This document shows, one piece after another, positions 11,501 to 24,848 of a stretch of 64,000 nt of DNA. The DNA is taken from NCBI GenBank assembly GCA_050230475.1, contig JBFLGF010000158.1, forward strand, positions 1 through 64,000, read 5' to 3'. This stretch comes from Ancylonema sp. (lineage: Eukaryota). Every line of letters starts with the position of its first letter. Position 1 is the first letter of the stretch. Below the pieces are notes generated by a model. The model was not told the origin of the DNA, ran no database searches, and worked only from the letters and a program-made list of their open reading frames with translations. The position numbers were made by a program, and so were the translations under genes.

Positions 11501-14500
11501 ATGGCAGGATGCAGTGTCAACTCTGATAACTACCCTGACTCGGTGAGCGTCACAGTGAAACCGGAAAACATATCTTCAGACCGTTAACATCTTCGCATTA
11601 CACCCTGCGTATCTTGCTGTATGTTTCCTGCATGAAACTTTGGGTTTGCTCCATGCAAAAATAAATAGTGAGAGGTCTTGCCCGTTGCAGATTGCGGACG
11701 AAGCCATGGGAGAAGAAGTGCAGCGGCTTACTTTTGAAGTGGACTGCTTGAAGGCGGTAGGTTGTCATAACGCAGGACCAATGAATGACATAACCGGTCA
11801 TGTTTACTTGCACACAGAGGATGATGCGAACCCTAATGTTTCTATTCGCGTCTCCCCCATCCTCCGAGTGACATTTTGTAGTGTGCCTGGTTTGCAGGAG
11901 TTGACCGCTGTCCTTGGCGGGGCTAACGCGCGGGAGGAATGTCTGCGGTTCGAGTTAAAGACGGTCAGTACCATGCCATCTTCTGCCGTAGATAGAAGGG
12001 CTGGTTTGATCAAAAGCATCGCGCGCCAGCTCGCTCGTTCTCTGGTCTTATTCAGTGCGCATTCTGATCGGATGTTCCATGCGTTGCTCTACGCAGCTTG
12101 GAGATCTCAACCAGTCGTATAAGGCCCGTGTGGACAATGCCATCGGCATCGCAACGTCTAAGTCTCGCGACGTCTCCTCCTTGGTTTCGTTTCTTGAAGT
12201 GAGATGACCACTCCACTTATGCGGTCTTGGGGCGCAATTTACACCAGTCATCATTTAATGACGCTGCTGTTGTGGCTGTTTTGCAGGCCCGACTGAAAGA
12301 ACAGCAGGACAGTTACGAGAAGAAGCTGCATTCTGAAAGAAAGTCGCGTCAGGCTGCTGAGGCGGTAAGCTGACACAGCTAGAAGTTGGAGTGGAACTTG
12401 AATGGCAAAGCCCCCATGGTTTCCGCGCTAACGGATTGAGGTTTTTGTGGTTTTGAGCAGGAGGTCAAGGTCCTTAAAGCTGAGCTTGCCAAGCGGCCCA
12501 AGTCCACAAGTGTCTCACCAAGAAGCACGTCCGGGGACGAAATGGTCTTGCATCAGTGAGTTTATGAACTCCTACCTACCTATTGATTCTCGCATCCCAC
12601 TCGTTTCTCGACCTTTCTGGCAGCGTTAGCTTGCATGAAATCGATCTTCGCTAACGCCTGTCGTCTTCCGTCCCTCAGGGGCACTACTGGCAGTCCCGAG
12701 GCCCTAAGATCTCCCTCTTCCAAATCCGAACCTGTACGCCACTTCACCCTCTTGCGGTTTCTTGCATGTCCGGTCTATGAGAATGTGCTGATTTGTCATC
12801 AATGTCTCTGCAGCATGAAAACTCGGCCGTGGTCCCTTACACTGGGGAGTCTTCCGAGGTTCAGGACCTCATCAGTATCGAAAAAGTCGTTGACGAGGTC
12901 GAGATCGTAAGCAGTCTTGGTCTTTTTCACGTCGGCCTCTCGCCATCATGTCGACATAACATCATGAAAAGCTTCTGTGGAAAGCCGGCCATTTGTGTGT
13001 TGCCTCTTTTGACTTTTTCTGTATCTACTTCCACTGACCACATCCTACTCCTAGTCCCAGTAGACTAGGAACTCAAATATGATGGAAACTAGAGACTGTC
13101 GTGCCTCTAATCAAGAGATGGAATGTGCCCTATGTGCCTATGACGCACTGGCACAGGAGGCAGAAGGCAGAAAAGCAGAAAGGCAGGATGCAGAAGGCAG
13201 GAAGACAGAAGCCAAAAGACTGAGTCAAGCGGCATCCATGTGGCAGGTGCCCGGACCGCCGGTTTCGGATCGGCGGAGCAGCCGGCAGTATCCCGCAGAC
13301 CCGTCGGTACCCGACATCAAGAACCCGTGCTACTGCACCGACGAGTTCCGCATGTACAGCTTCAAGGTCGCTTCCTGCGCCAGGGCGTACAGCCATGACT
13401 GGACGGATTGCCCGTTTGCCCACCCGGGAGAGAATGCGAGGAGGCGAGACCCGAAAGTGGTGCCCTACAGCTCCATGCCCTGCCCCGACTTCAAGAAGCA
13501 GTGCTGCAAGAAGGGGGAGATGTGCGAGTATGCTCATGGCGTGTTTGAGGTGTGGCTGCATCCAAACACGTACAAGACAAGGTGACGCTCGTGGCCGTGA
13601 ACCGCAGGCTGGTCCTGGCATGAAGGCTAGTCCAATGTTTGCAGTCTTTGTGGCCCAATAGCTCGAGCAAGGGCCCAAGAGCCCAGGAGCTAGTGTAGAA
13701 TGGCAGTGCAGGAGAGGGAGTGGGCGCGAGGTTATGGGGAGAGTTGTCAGTGTTGTTGTGGTTTGGGAAGAGAGATTCGAAGTCTCCTTTGCGTGTGTGC
13801 GTTTGCGCTCACGCGCGGTTTTCTCTCTGGTGTCACAGGTTTTGCAAGGAGATGCACAACTGCGTTCGCACGGTGTGCTTCTTTGCCCACACAGAGGCGG
13901 AGAAGCGAAGGATATATACGGCCACGGGATGTGCTCTGCCCTCTCCCGGAGCTGAAGATCTGATGGACATGCAATCCCTAGGTGGGACACCTGTCCTGCC
14001 GATTCTTGTTCTTGTCTTGTTTGTTTGCGACCTACAGTGGAGGTTACATCCAGTCTTCACTCTGTCACTCGTCTGCAACTCATGCCTTCTCTATCTGTTC
14101 CCTTCTTGTCAAGAAAGCTGCAAGCCAGTGTGCCTTTTCCACCCTGCAGGCTTCTATTTCCAATGCGATTGACTCATTTCCGCTTTCGCTCCCTGTCCGC
14201 TCTTCTTGCAGGGTTGGGGCCAGACGCCGCTCTCATGTCCCCAGCATCCAGGCTCCACCCTCAGCATCAGGAGGGGTGGCCATCCACCACTCCCCCAAGG
14301 TCTCCCATCGGCGGGGGGCCAGGGCCATCAGCCTATGGGGGTTCTTGGGCCCCCTTTGTCCCCAACCTTAACCTTCCCAACCGCCTGCGCGGTGGTCGGC
14401 ACGGACGGGACGGGCCGGTTAACCCGGCGGGTGCCCACCTTCCCCGTCCCAGGGGGTTGGAGCAGGAGTCTCCGGGGCGCGAATACAGCATGCCCCCCCG

Positions 14501-15143
14501 TAGCCCTATCACTCCCGGATACCACAGACGCGGCAGTTTCTCCCATCTGGGACTGCAGATCCCAACCTCCCCACCCTCGGACGAGCCTTACGGGGAAGGC
14601 ATGGGCGGGGGCCTCCTGCCTAACCACACCATGCCCCTCCACAGCGATTCGATCCACCGCCACGCCAGCGCCACCTCCCAGCTCCTCCAGGAGTACCTGG
14701 CAGGACATGCGCAGAACGGGAGCTACCCCCCTTCTCCCGCACAGAACGCCCCCAGGCAGGTCGCGGTTGGGAGCGAACGCAGCATGCAGCAGCGGGGTGG
14801 CCAAGGGAGGGGTGGGCCTTCTTCCACCCCCAGAGGCCGCACGCCGACCTGGCGCGACCCTCAGGCGCGCGTGCAGGGGGGGCCCCACCGGCCGGCACCA
14901 AGCCCTCGCGTCCCACTGTCTACCAATGTCTCGGACTGGAGCTCGCCGAAGGGGGAGGTGAACTGGGGGGGTGTATACGAGTCCTCCATGTGGGGGTACC
15001 CGTCTCCTGCAGGGGCAGGGGATCCGCGGGAGGGGGGATGGGGGCAGGGACGTGGAGGGATGGGGGGGGAGATGGAGGGGAAGGGGTATGTGGATCATGA
15101 GGGATGGATGGGATACATGGAGGGAGGAGGGCAGCGATGGTAA
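11501..15143 (+). CDS. Tandem CCCH zinc-finger (RR-TZF) RNA-binding protein with multi-exon coiled-coil N-terminus
   Basis: [37 protein letters not shown] (13064-13581); second finger [17 protein letters not shown] (13839-13981); last exon 14212-15143 with [12 protein letters not shown]. Upstream GT-AG exons at ~11501, 11691, 11898, 12097, 12287, 12461, 12679 and 12814 join in frame. TZF core is confident; the 5' exons are inferred. Confidence 0.8.
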
Positions 15144-16857
15144 GGAGGGGGGACAGGGGACGAATGGGGGCGGAGTAATCGTGATATTTATAAACGAAGG
15201 GTGGGAGGATACGGAACAGAGAAAGGATCGTCCCCTTCCCTTCCAAAAACAAAAAAAAGGGCTGTAGTGGGTATAGTAGTGGGTATACCAACGACAACAG
15301 CAGGGAAAGCAACAGAAGCATCATCAGTGGTGTTGGACTACTCGAAAGAAGGCATTCCTAGGCAGAGGCAGTGAAGGAGAAACCATCATGCGGTTGGGGT
15401 TGTAAAATTAGTGTGCAATCGGAGGGAACAGCGAGCAAAGTTTGGGGCTAAGCGCACAAATTTCTGGAGATGGGGATACAGGGTTCCCACATACTACACG
15501 ACGTGGGTTCAGACCCTAGTTGTGTTCTGTACGCAAGAGGGAGGTGGATTGTATTTATGTTTGGCAAAAAGACAAGAGAATAAAGGGAAATAAATAAGTT
15601 GCAGGAGAGAAAAAGAAAAGGGGGATGGCGGCCCCTCGGAGGTGGAATCGAATATCGGCTTCGCACTTTGGCGGGTTTCGGTTTTGGTCAGGACAAATTG
15701 CGCGACAAATCGCTGCTATTTGAGGCAGCAGCAACTTCACGTCCCTAAGCTAGGGATCAAGCCTTGCTACAATCTCATTGCTCCTTATCCTTCTCTTCTG
15801 TGCACGTATGAGCAGAGGAGCGAGTGTGCACTTAAGTTGACAAAAAATGGAGTGACCTGGAGAACAGGTCGCTGGATTAATAACTTTATTCTTAAAAAGG
15901 TCGCTTCATTGCTTTCGGGTCTGTCCAGGTGATGGCTTAGTCTCTTAGTTCAGCGAAAACAAACTGTAAATTCGTGGTTTGAAATTCTTGATTTGTGATA
16001 ACGTGATCCGTAACTGGCAGCTGTTTTGTTTAGGGTGGTTAGAAGTAATATGGGTACTTCAATGTCTTCCGACCTAAATAGGTGTTTGTGATGTATGTGT
16101 TAATTGTGAAAAAGAAGACGCAGGAAAAACAAAATTGAGGTAGGAGTTGGGTCAGAGTTGAAAATTTTGGTGGTGTTGTAGTTTGAAGACAGTTTTCACT
16201 GGAAATACTTTTAGGATATACATGTACTCTTGTTTTGAAATGAACGTATGGGCATACGTCTGACTGCTGATCATGTTTTGCTTTTGTTTCCGTATACATT
16301 GAACTGTCGTAAGATTCTTGAGATGCAATTCGGTTATTTGGTTTTTGTTTAGCCTTGGGAACATCAGAGTATGGTGACCAGTCTGTGGATAGCACAAATA
16401 ACCTGTGTCTGAATTTCAAAGTCTCTATTGCAACGTCTACACCATATGTAGACCAAATTCAGTAGGCAAAACTATTTTTATACTTGTCCTATTGGGACCT
16501 CTTTGAGGGCCATTTGTTTCTGATGCGACCAAAGTAACAGCGTCCTGCAAATGTCTGGGAGATTTGTTTGTGATCTGAATCTGGCAATCAGTTGATCACA
16601 TAGTTGGCCAGAACTTGGCCCCAAGAAGTACGGGAATTTTCTTACATTCTGGACACGTCCATGCTCGGAACGTCCGTGCCTGGACCCGTTGGGACGCGTC
16701 CCGTACCCGGACACCCCTGCCAGGAAGAAGTACTCCTGGAGACAACCAAGTAGTACATATATTTTTTTATAAGGCCCCCCCACCCCCACCCCCTTGTTGG
16801 CTCCAGAAGTGTCCGGAGCTAGCATAGTTGTCTATAATAGTACTCCATACTATCCAT

Positions 16858-17133
16858 CATAGTTGAGCGCGCACATGTGCGCGGGGGTTTGGCGCACATG
16901 TCCGGAACATGTGCGCATCGCGCACCACTTAGCCAAAAAAAAAAAAAAGATAAAAGTTAAAAGTTAAAAGTTAGAAGTTAAAAGTTAAAAGTTAAAAGTT
17001 AAAAGCCACCGCTCATAGTAAACGCGGTACTAATTTGATGTATTTTTACCTACTTGGGCGCGCACATGTGCGCGGGTTTGAGCGTACATATTCCGAACAT
17101 GTGCGCGATTTTAGTTGTGCACGCCCAACTATG
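16858..17133. mobile_element. hAT-like MITE (CATAGTTG...CAACTATG)
   Basis: Terminal inverted repeats; 8 bp flanks CTATCCAT / CTATGCAT; internal (AAAAGTT)n and GCGCACATGTGCGC repeats. Confidence 0.75.
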
Positions 17134-17208
17134 CTATGCATAGTACCCTCCCGTCGGAAATGAAGAAAACTGGTTTCGCAAACAGACTACTAAAAGGTTG
17201 GTGTTGAG

Positions 17209-17727
17209 CATAGTAAGCCCCGCCCCGGGCGGGAAATTTCCCGCCCTGGGCGCCGCCCGGGGTTGGCCCGCCCGGGGCGTGAAGCGGGGCGGGATTTGCG
17301 GGGCGGGACCATAGGCCAAAATACCCACAAAAAAAAAATGCCGCAATGCGGAGATATGGTTGGTTTTGTCAAAAAATTACTTCTTGCACAACATGCACCA
17401 TACGCCACAATTCCGACATCATCTATCGTCACCCATGAGTCCGACTCCGTGGCGTGGTGTGGTATAATGATATAAAAATAAAAATAAAAAAAATAACACT
17501 TGAGATATACAAAAGAATATTACACGGGTAAAGATGGCAGGCGTACTTAGTCTTATAAAATCTTGAATACTTGTCGGATTTGACTTTTAAAAAGATGTAC
17601 ATGATCTACGTGATCTTAGGGTTCTTTTCCAGAAAACCTAATAAAACTCTATGGCCCCGCCCCGGGCGGGAAAATTTCCGCCCGGGGCGAAAAGCGGGGC
17701 GGGATTTGCGGGGCGGGGCCAACTATG
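17209..17727. mobile_element. hAT-like MITE with GC-rich subterminal repeats
   Basis: CATAGT...ACTATG ends; perfect 8 bp TSD GTGTTGAG at 17201-17208 and 17728-17735. Confidence 0.88.
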
Positions 17728-18975
17728 GTGTTGAGTAATCGAACCGCAACCCCCCCGAATTGATAACTCGATGATCCGTAGTTTGCTTCATGCGTGATCT
17801 AGCAATAGGGTACACTATCTATCAAAATACTGAAATAGGAATGGCCTACGCGAATAAACCGCCATTGATTATGATAATCCATTCCACTTAACAACCACTC
17901 GTTTATGGATCTTCATTGCTTAGCCCGTTGATCATTCTAACAAGTTCAAGAAGCCATGCAGAATGTTGCTTTCCCCCAGAAGTTACAACTCCAAATCTCC
18001 ATGTATTCATTCACCCCTGTATATTATACGTAGCCATGAATGTCTTTGCGGCAAGTTAGCACAGACGGGTCAGTCATATGATTGCACCTTCGCAACATGT
18101 TGTACACTTACAAAATTGGGTCGTCAATTACCAGCACTACATCACTCCTTCACATAACAACCTCGGTTGTGCATTAAACAACACATTTGATAACAAACAC
18201 ACTAAGTACCATATGTACTATGATACATTTTCGAGAAGTGCGCCACCCTGGCCTCGATCCAACGTTTCTCTCCTGATTGAAGGCTCTGATTCCTAGCAGC
18301 TCCAAAGGTGATGCGGAAAACTATAATTTCTTTTCCTGAAACGAGTCGTGCAAAAGGCACCATGGTCCCTGGTATCACACCCGACTAGAAAGAATGTCCA
18401 GAATTCCAAGTACACCACCGGCTAGCGGCCCATGCCGTCCAATCTCTGACCAACATGGTGAGTCATACAGAAATGCCATTTGGGCAAGGCCTACATGCGA
18501 CTCTTCGCTCCAAAGAAAAAACTTATGACATCTATGTAGGGCACACGCCTATCTACCTATGGTACGAAAAGAGCGGTAGTTTGTCGCGAGCGAAATTTCG
18601 GAAACGGACTCCTCCACATAGTTCCTGCCAGAAAGATATTCCTTCAGTAGTCATCAACTCAACCTTTTGCTCTTGAAGGGAGCCGTTGACAGGACAGGTG
18701 CAACACAAGGAATGGGTGACCATTGTGTTATGACTTGTGATGCTGTCACAGAACACCACCTTACCTTTGTTCTAACGTGCACCTCATCCCAAGAGCAGTT
18801 CCCATGTGTGTGCAGCAGGCCAGAATGATTACCACAGATTTCTGCAGGCTGAAAGGCTAGAGGGGCTGCTGTGTTTGACCTGCAAGGAACACGGCCCCTA
18901 AGCTGTAAGCCATATTGGAAGAAGCGAGGCGTTTTACACAATATCCGGAGGGACAGATAGACTGAGGGTCGTTGG

Positions 18976-21154
18976 TTAGACTGCTGATGTTAGCTCATAC
19001 ATCCAACTAAATTCTACATAAGCCTAACTAAACTGCCAGGGTACTGTACCTGAAATCCCTGCACTTGCGTCACCATGCCTCTCCAAAAACACCCGTGCAA
19101 TATTCGCTATCCGTGATTTGGTGCTCTCTGGCGCAGCATGATGGTACAGGCAAGCCATCACATCTGAATTGCAGATGGCTGTATGAGACATAAGCAGTCA
19201 GGTTAGTACCCACGAAAAGATCCTCGGCAGGCTCTGTTCGGAGGTGTGAGAGACAGAATGCTGATAAGCAGGCGCAAGATATAAGAAAAAGAAATAAAAT
19301 CTTTATTATCGATGCCAGACTAGCTATCATCCACTATCAAGTCATCATGACAGTTGCACCAGCTGTGTTTTCACAACGCCTGATTGAGGTTTGAGGCAAA
19401 CAGGAGCACCTTGCTTCACTGTTGCTCCCCAGAGGTAGTACAAAGTAGTGATGGCGGAGAGTACCTGTACAAGGCTCACAACGGGCCGTCAGCATATGTT
19501 CTGGATCCACTGCATTGCAGCTTTGGGGGGTCACCCTGCCTGCTGACGCGAGACTCACAGTGTTCTCCACAGGGTTGTCAAGGCAGGCTACAATGTTGGG
19601 GATGCCATGGGCCACTATGACTTCCGCATTCAGAGGATCTGTATTCAGCAAAACAGCGCTCTGACAGCCAAATACGTCACCTCCCTAAGGAGATTGCAGT
19701 CCTCCTGCTTCGAGACTTGGCAGCCATGGAATACAATTTGTCAGACAAGGAAGCCGCAAGCTGAGGGTAGGTTATTCACAGGCTTCTACTGGGCTGAGCA
19801 GTGTCCTACAATTGAAGGTGTAGTGCAGGTGTGATGATAAATTGTGTTTGTTCCACCAGGTCATCAGCAACCACAACAATATTTGCAGTCATAACGGATG
19901 AAACAGACTTCTCAAATACTCAGCTTTGTTCTATCATAATCAGGACGCAACTACCCGTCATGCGAGGACCATCCAAAACATACCATTGCAGCAATTGCAG
20001 AGACCTCCCATCCCAAACTCCTTCAGTCGTTCATTTGGCTCGCTCAGGCAGTCGATGAAGAGGTCAATTACATGAAGCTGTAGGAGGAGGAGACGAATCA
20101 TCATGTGAGAAGGGTGAGGAGTATGACGAGGCCCTGCGTGTGTCCAATATCGCAAACTCCACCTAAGATCTGTACAGAAGGAACCACTGATGATTGAGTA
20201 CTTCAATGAAATGATGGGACTCCTTTACTCAAAACAAGTGGGCACTGACAGTGTCAGTTTAGGGCATTGCCAGGGAGAGAATCGAGAGAAGTCCAAAAGT
20301 ATATCAGGTTGGTTGTCTGCGCTGAAGTGTCTCGTTTAACAGGCCAGTGCAAGGGGCTGACACTTACTTTACGTAAGTGGCTGTAGTTGATGGGATCGTA
20401 TGCGAAGTTTGCAAGATTTGCCACCAATTGCTCTTGGGCATCTGGAACCAAGTACCGTAACGGCGACAATGTCAGAGAGGCACGAAGAGTCCGAGATGGA
20501 AGGCACCGTATGTCCTCTGACAGATTCCAAGAGTGTGGAAGCCTTGCGCACCCTTGTTTTTGGTGCTCTGGAACTCATTTACAAGTTCCTGCTCAACAAA
20601 GACAACACACGGAATGCCACTTGTGAGCATTTAAATAAGATGCAGTATAAAAAACTGATGCCAATTCTGAACTGACCCACGTTAGAACAATTTGCTTTTT
20701 TCCAACGCTTGTTATTGCACAGGGTCCAACACAGGACCGTACAGGCCTGCAGACCTGGAGATCAATCCATTGTTAACGTTTGAAGGAGGTACCCTTAAAA
20801 TCAACCATGGCCGGGAGAGACAGCTGATGCATGTTTATGGCAGGAGTTTCATTCATACTGAAGCAGAATTAGCCGTCTGAATGTTGATAATATCACGAGC
20901 GACACTCGCCGTGAGATGAACTGCACTGAAGAAAAATCCCCAGATCACCAATTGCCCTGCTTATCGATCCATCTCTAGCTCTTAATTTTTGTAACACTGG
21001 ATTCCAGAAGCTTGCAGTCTTCGACTGTCGAAGTGAGTAATTGGGAAATGCAGGGATCGTATCGTGACTGGATAAATTTTACCTGCAAATAATCTAGCCT
21101 CGGGGTACCATGTTGGCCAGTGCGATCCTTAAGACGCTGCTTGCTACTAAACAT
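18976..21154 (-). CDS. ARMC7: Armadillo repeat-containing protein 7 homolog (spliced; 3' end approximate)
   Basis: Exons read [24 protein letters not shown] / ELVNEFQ / [22 protein letters not shown] / [28 protein letters not shown] / [16 protein letters not shown] / [11 protein letters not shown] / [11 protein letters not shown]. Confidence 0.88.
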
Positions 21155-21741
21155 GGCTTCACCACTCGCGTCGGCTGCTCCATGCTCAAGTGCTCCCTCG
21201 ACGAAAGTAGCATTTCCGCGTCACATACATGTGATTCACACCCCCTAGGGACGTCGCCCTCGGAGAAGGACAAGCTGCAAACCGATGACCAAACTGCAAA
21301 CCGAAGTTGTCATCTGTGAAGTTTTGTGATGACCCCGCTGCACGATAACCGGATATTCCTTTCTGACACGTGGCTCGTTCAGACTTTATGACCGGGTCGT
21401 TAGACAGCAAATCTTGGCCCCACAAGATGATGGCATTCGTTTTTTCTGAGGTGAGTGAAAGCTTGCTTATGAGTAGATGTCTTGCACCTGGAAAATAACG
21501 ATAGAGATACCTCTCAGCCTTCTCTTCCAACAAACCAGCTGCACCGACAAAAGAACGCTCCTCCTTTTGATCAAGACCCACCTCAGCTGATGCATTCTAG
21601 CATTTTAGCTGATGCTAAAATGCTAAAATGGCAAAATGTCAGCAATCGTTTTTTGCTCAACAGTTCAGCTGACTGTACTCCAGAAAGCCATTTGCTGCCA
21701 TGGCTGAGTGATCTGAAGCAATCAGTATCTACTACTTTCCA

Positions 21742-23508
21742 GGTGTTCTCATACTGTCTGAGGGCGAGTGGCCGTACTGGCATCATAGCCTCCGAGGAAG
21801 AGGACACGCCAGTGGCTGTTGAGGAGACATACTCTGGCAACTACGTGGTGGTGTTCGATCCCCTGGATGGTTCCTCGAACATTGACGCTGCTGTGTCCAC
21901 GGGGTCTATCTTTGGTATCTACAGGAGTGAGGAGGGCTGCTTTACAGACCTCGGCGATAGCCCCACGGTATGCCCCCGCTCCTATAATTAATATCCCAAC
22001 TTGAACTCGTCGGTCAGCTCGAACCCGCTGGTAAGGTATTAGACTGGACCTGTGGTCATCAGCACAAAACATTTTAAAGTGGTAATGATGGCTCGAATTG
22101 TAGGATGGCTGTGATGGTATCAGGACTTGTTTGGATGATCTACTTCGCCAGATCAATTTATACGTGATGTATGCATGTCTCGTAATGCACATTGTGCTTC
22201 ATAAATCAGGTACACAAGTCCGTATGCTGCAACATGCTGACGACCTGGTATTGGTAGAACCTGAGTAATTTCTGTGGTGTAGAGGTCAACGGGATAAATC
22301 TTTGACTGCAATGGACAAGTGCCTGTGCAGCTGGACGATGTGGAGAAGGCTTGCATAGTGAATGTCTGCCAACCCGGTAGCAACCTCTTGGCTGCTGGCT
22401 ACTGGATGTATTCCAGCTCCACCATCATGGTGCTATCAGTAGGCAGCGGGGTGTATGGTTTTACATTGGACCCGATGTATGGTGAGTTTGTGATGACACA
22501 CGACAACATCAAGATTCCCAAGTCGGGGAAGATCTACTCCTTCAATGAGGGCAACTACATGATGTGGAGCGACAAGTTGAAGAGCTACATGGATTCTCTC
22601 AAGGTACAGTACAGTGAGTTCATCATCAGCTCTGCTGCAGTTTAAAACATGTTTTTCTTTAAGACTCTAGTAGCCATGGCATACTCCAATTTTGACTGTG
22701 AACCTGGCGCAAAGAGTCCATGCACAGCTCACCTCATGGTTGCGGAAAACAAGCACTGGTTCCAGCTTGTTAAGCTGCCTTTTGCCACAAGAGTTGCCAC
22801 AAGCTGCCTTTTGGAGCTGAAGTTGCCACATTTGTCAAAACTCTATATTGACGGTGTACGCAACAACACAAACTTGGCTGTTCTTCAGGATACCTCCAGC
22901 GGGAAGCCCTATTCCGCCCGGTACATTGGCAGCTTGGTGGGTGATTTCCACCGCACGATGCTTTACGGTGGCATCTATGAGTACCCCAGTGACGAGTTGA
23001 ACAAGACTGGAAAGCTGCGTCTTCTGTACGAGTGTGCTCCTATGAGCTACCTTGCTGAGCAGGCCGGGGGCAAGGGTTCTGATGGTTATAAGAGAGTCTT
23101 GGACATTATTCCCGAGAAGGTATGTCCCGGGTTTGTACTGTAAGGGACATGTATTTCTTTGCCCTGGTTTGGCACACATCAATCCCTGAGCTGCTGTCGC
23201 CAGTCTCTTTGATTTTCTCGGGGCGGAGTTTTTTTTTGTAGAACAAAGATAATCAGTCAGCCTGAAAATACCTGGAAATACTACAATGCCAGTTTACCTT
23301 GCCCGTTTTCTTGACTTGGAGGGACGGGGGAGGTCAAGTTGAAGCGTTCTACCTAGTCACACACTAGTTTAGATACTTATGGCAAAGGAGTACTAACTCG
23401 AGTCCCTATCTCCTCCATTATTTTGCTTTGCTTCAGGTTCACCAACGTGTCCCCCTCTGTGTTGGTAGTGTAGAGGAGGTCGAGAAGCTGGAGAAGTATT
23501 TGGCGTAG
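21742..23508 (+). CDS. Chloroplast-type fructose-1,6-bisphosphatase, C-terminal part only (5'-truncated; possible pseudogene)
   Basis: Four exons: [79 protein letters not shown]. Redox-loop cysteines present. No N-terminal exons before ARMC7. Confidence 0.85.
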
Positions 23509-24848
23509 GTTTAGCTGAAGGTTAGTGAACTCTAGCTATTTTGCCCAAAGCACTTTTATGGTTTAAACGAGTTAAGAGTTGTGGAGGGCTAGAAATCTCA
23601 GAGGCCATTGCAGGTGCCTCCAAATCTCGTCCTTCTATGTTAAGGTTGAGGAAATTTTATTGTATCTGAAAGCCGAGGATAGCTGTTGTAGATGACCGAC
23701 TTAGATAGAATTGTTGTGTATGTGCTGCCATTTATGTGCCCCGCATCTTCCGAGTTGTTCAAAGTCGTCGCGTATAATTTTTCTTAGTGGATGTTGAGAT
23801 TTGGAACAAGGCTTGGTCTCTACAACTTTGTTGTCCACTAAATTTGTATCCGCGATTAGATCGTAAATGGATTGCGCTTGTTTGCTCTATCAGTGCTCCA
23901 ATTACGATTGTGTCCGACCACAATTGGTCCAGATCCGATCGGGGAATTTCCAATCCCGTGCCAATCCGGACCGGACCTATTCCCGCGCCTAACGGGATCG
24001 GAGGCGCCGAGTATTGGGCACGGGAACAAGGCACATGTATACCCGAACGCGGGCGGGACTACTGTAGCGGCCAACTTCAATACCCCACCATTTCCAGTGT
24101 ACCGATTTGGCCACACATCGTGACCCTCAAATAATTATGAAAATGATGAGACGGGTCAAATTAAATAATTCATTTGTAAAAATATTGGGTCATTCTACAA
24201 TTCTATTCATTCCACCAAATAATAAATATTTTTTTCAGAATTCTGGTAAATTTTATATTGGGTCCGCAGGTTGGGTCAAATGGTGGTTAATCAATCAAAT
24301 TCATTCGATTTCAAAAACCCGAGTCATTATGTGTGTGCTATGGTAAGTAACAATATCTTGATTCTTGCCCCACCCCCTTGCCCCAACAATAAATTGTCGT
24401 GATCCCACGGCCTTACCCCAACCCATTTCTAGTCATTCATTGCAGTACCCTTATATTCTAAAGCCCATAGTTGCGTCACGGACCGTCCGGGGGTCTCCGG
24501 GCTTTGACAAGCTATGCACCAACAATGTTGTATTTCTTTAATATTGGCGTCGTACAGTGACTACTCGCAAAAGGGTTAAGGTGACATACCATCATAAAGA
24601 ACATATGCAAAATAGCAAGATCTCAAAACCAAATACAAACCAGATACAAACCAAAAAAATCATAGCCAAATAAATTTAGACACCTTAAACCCAATTTGTT
24701 TGAAGTACAAACGAAAGAGAGTGAAATCGTTGAGTATCTTGCAAATAGCAAAGAAAAAAGACACCACTACACTCTTCTCGGAGGAGAAAAGTCAATTCTA
24801 GAGGTCAATCCTAGACTAAACGGGCACTCAAAGAGTGCGGACATGGAG

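Noticed and set aside
13130..15324. Long antisense and alternate-frame ORFs over the TZF gene
   Set aside because: Shadows of GC-rich coding sequence.
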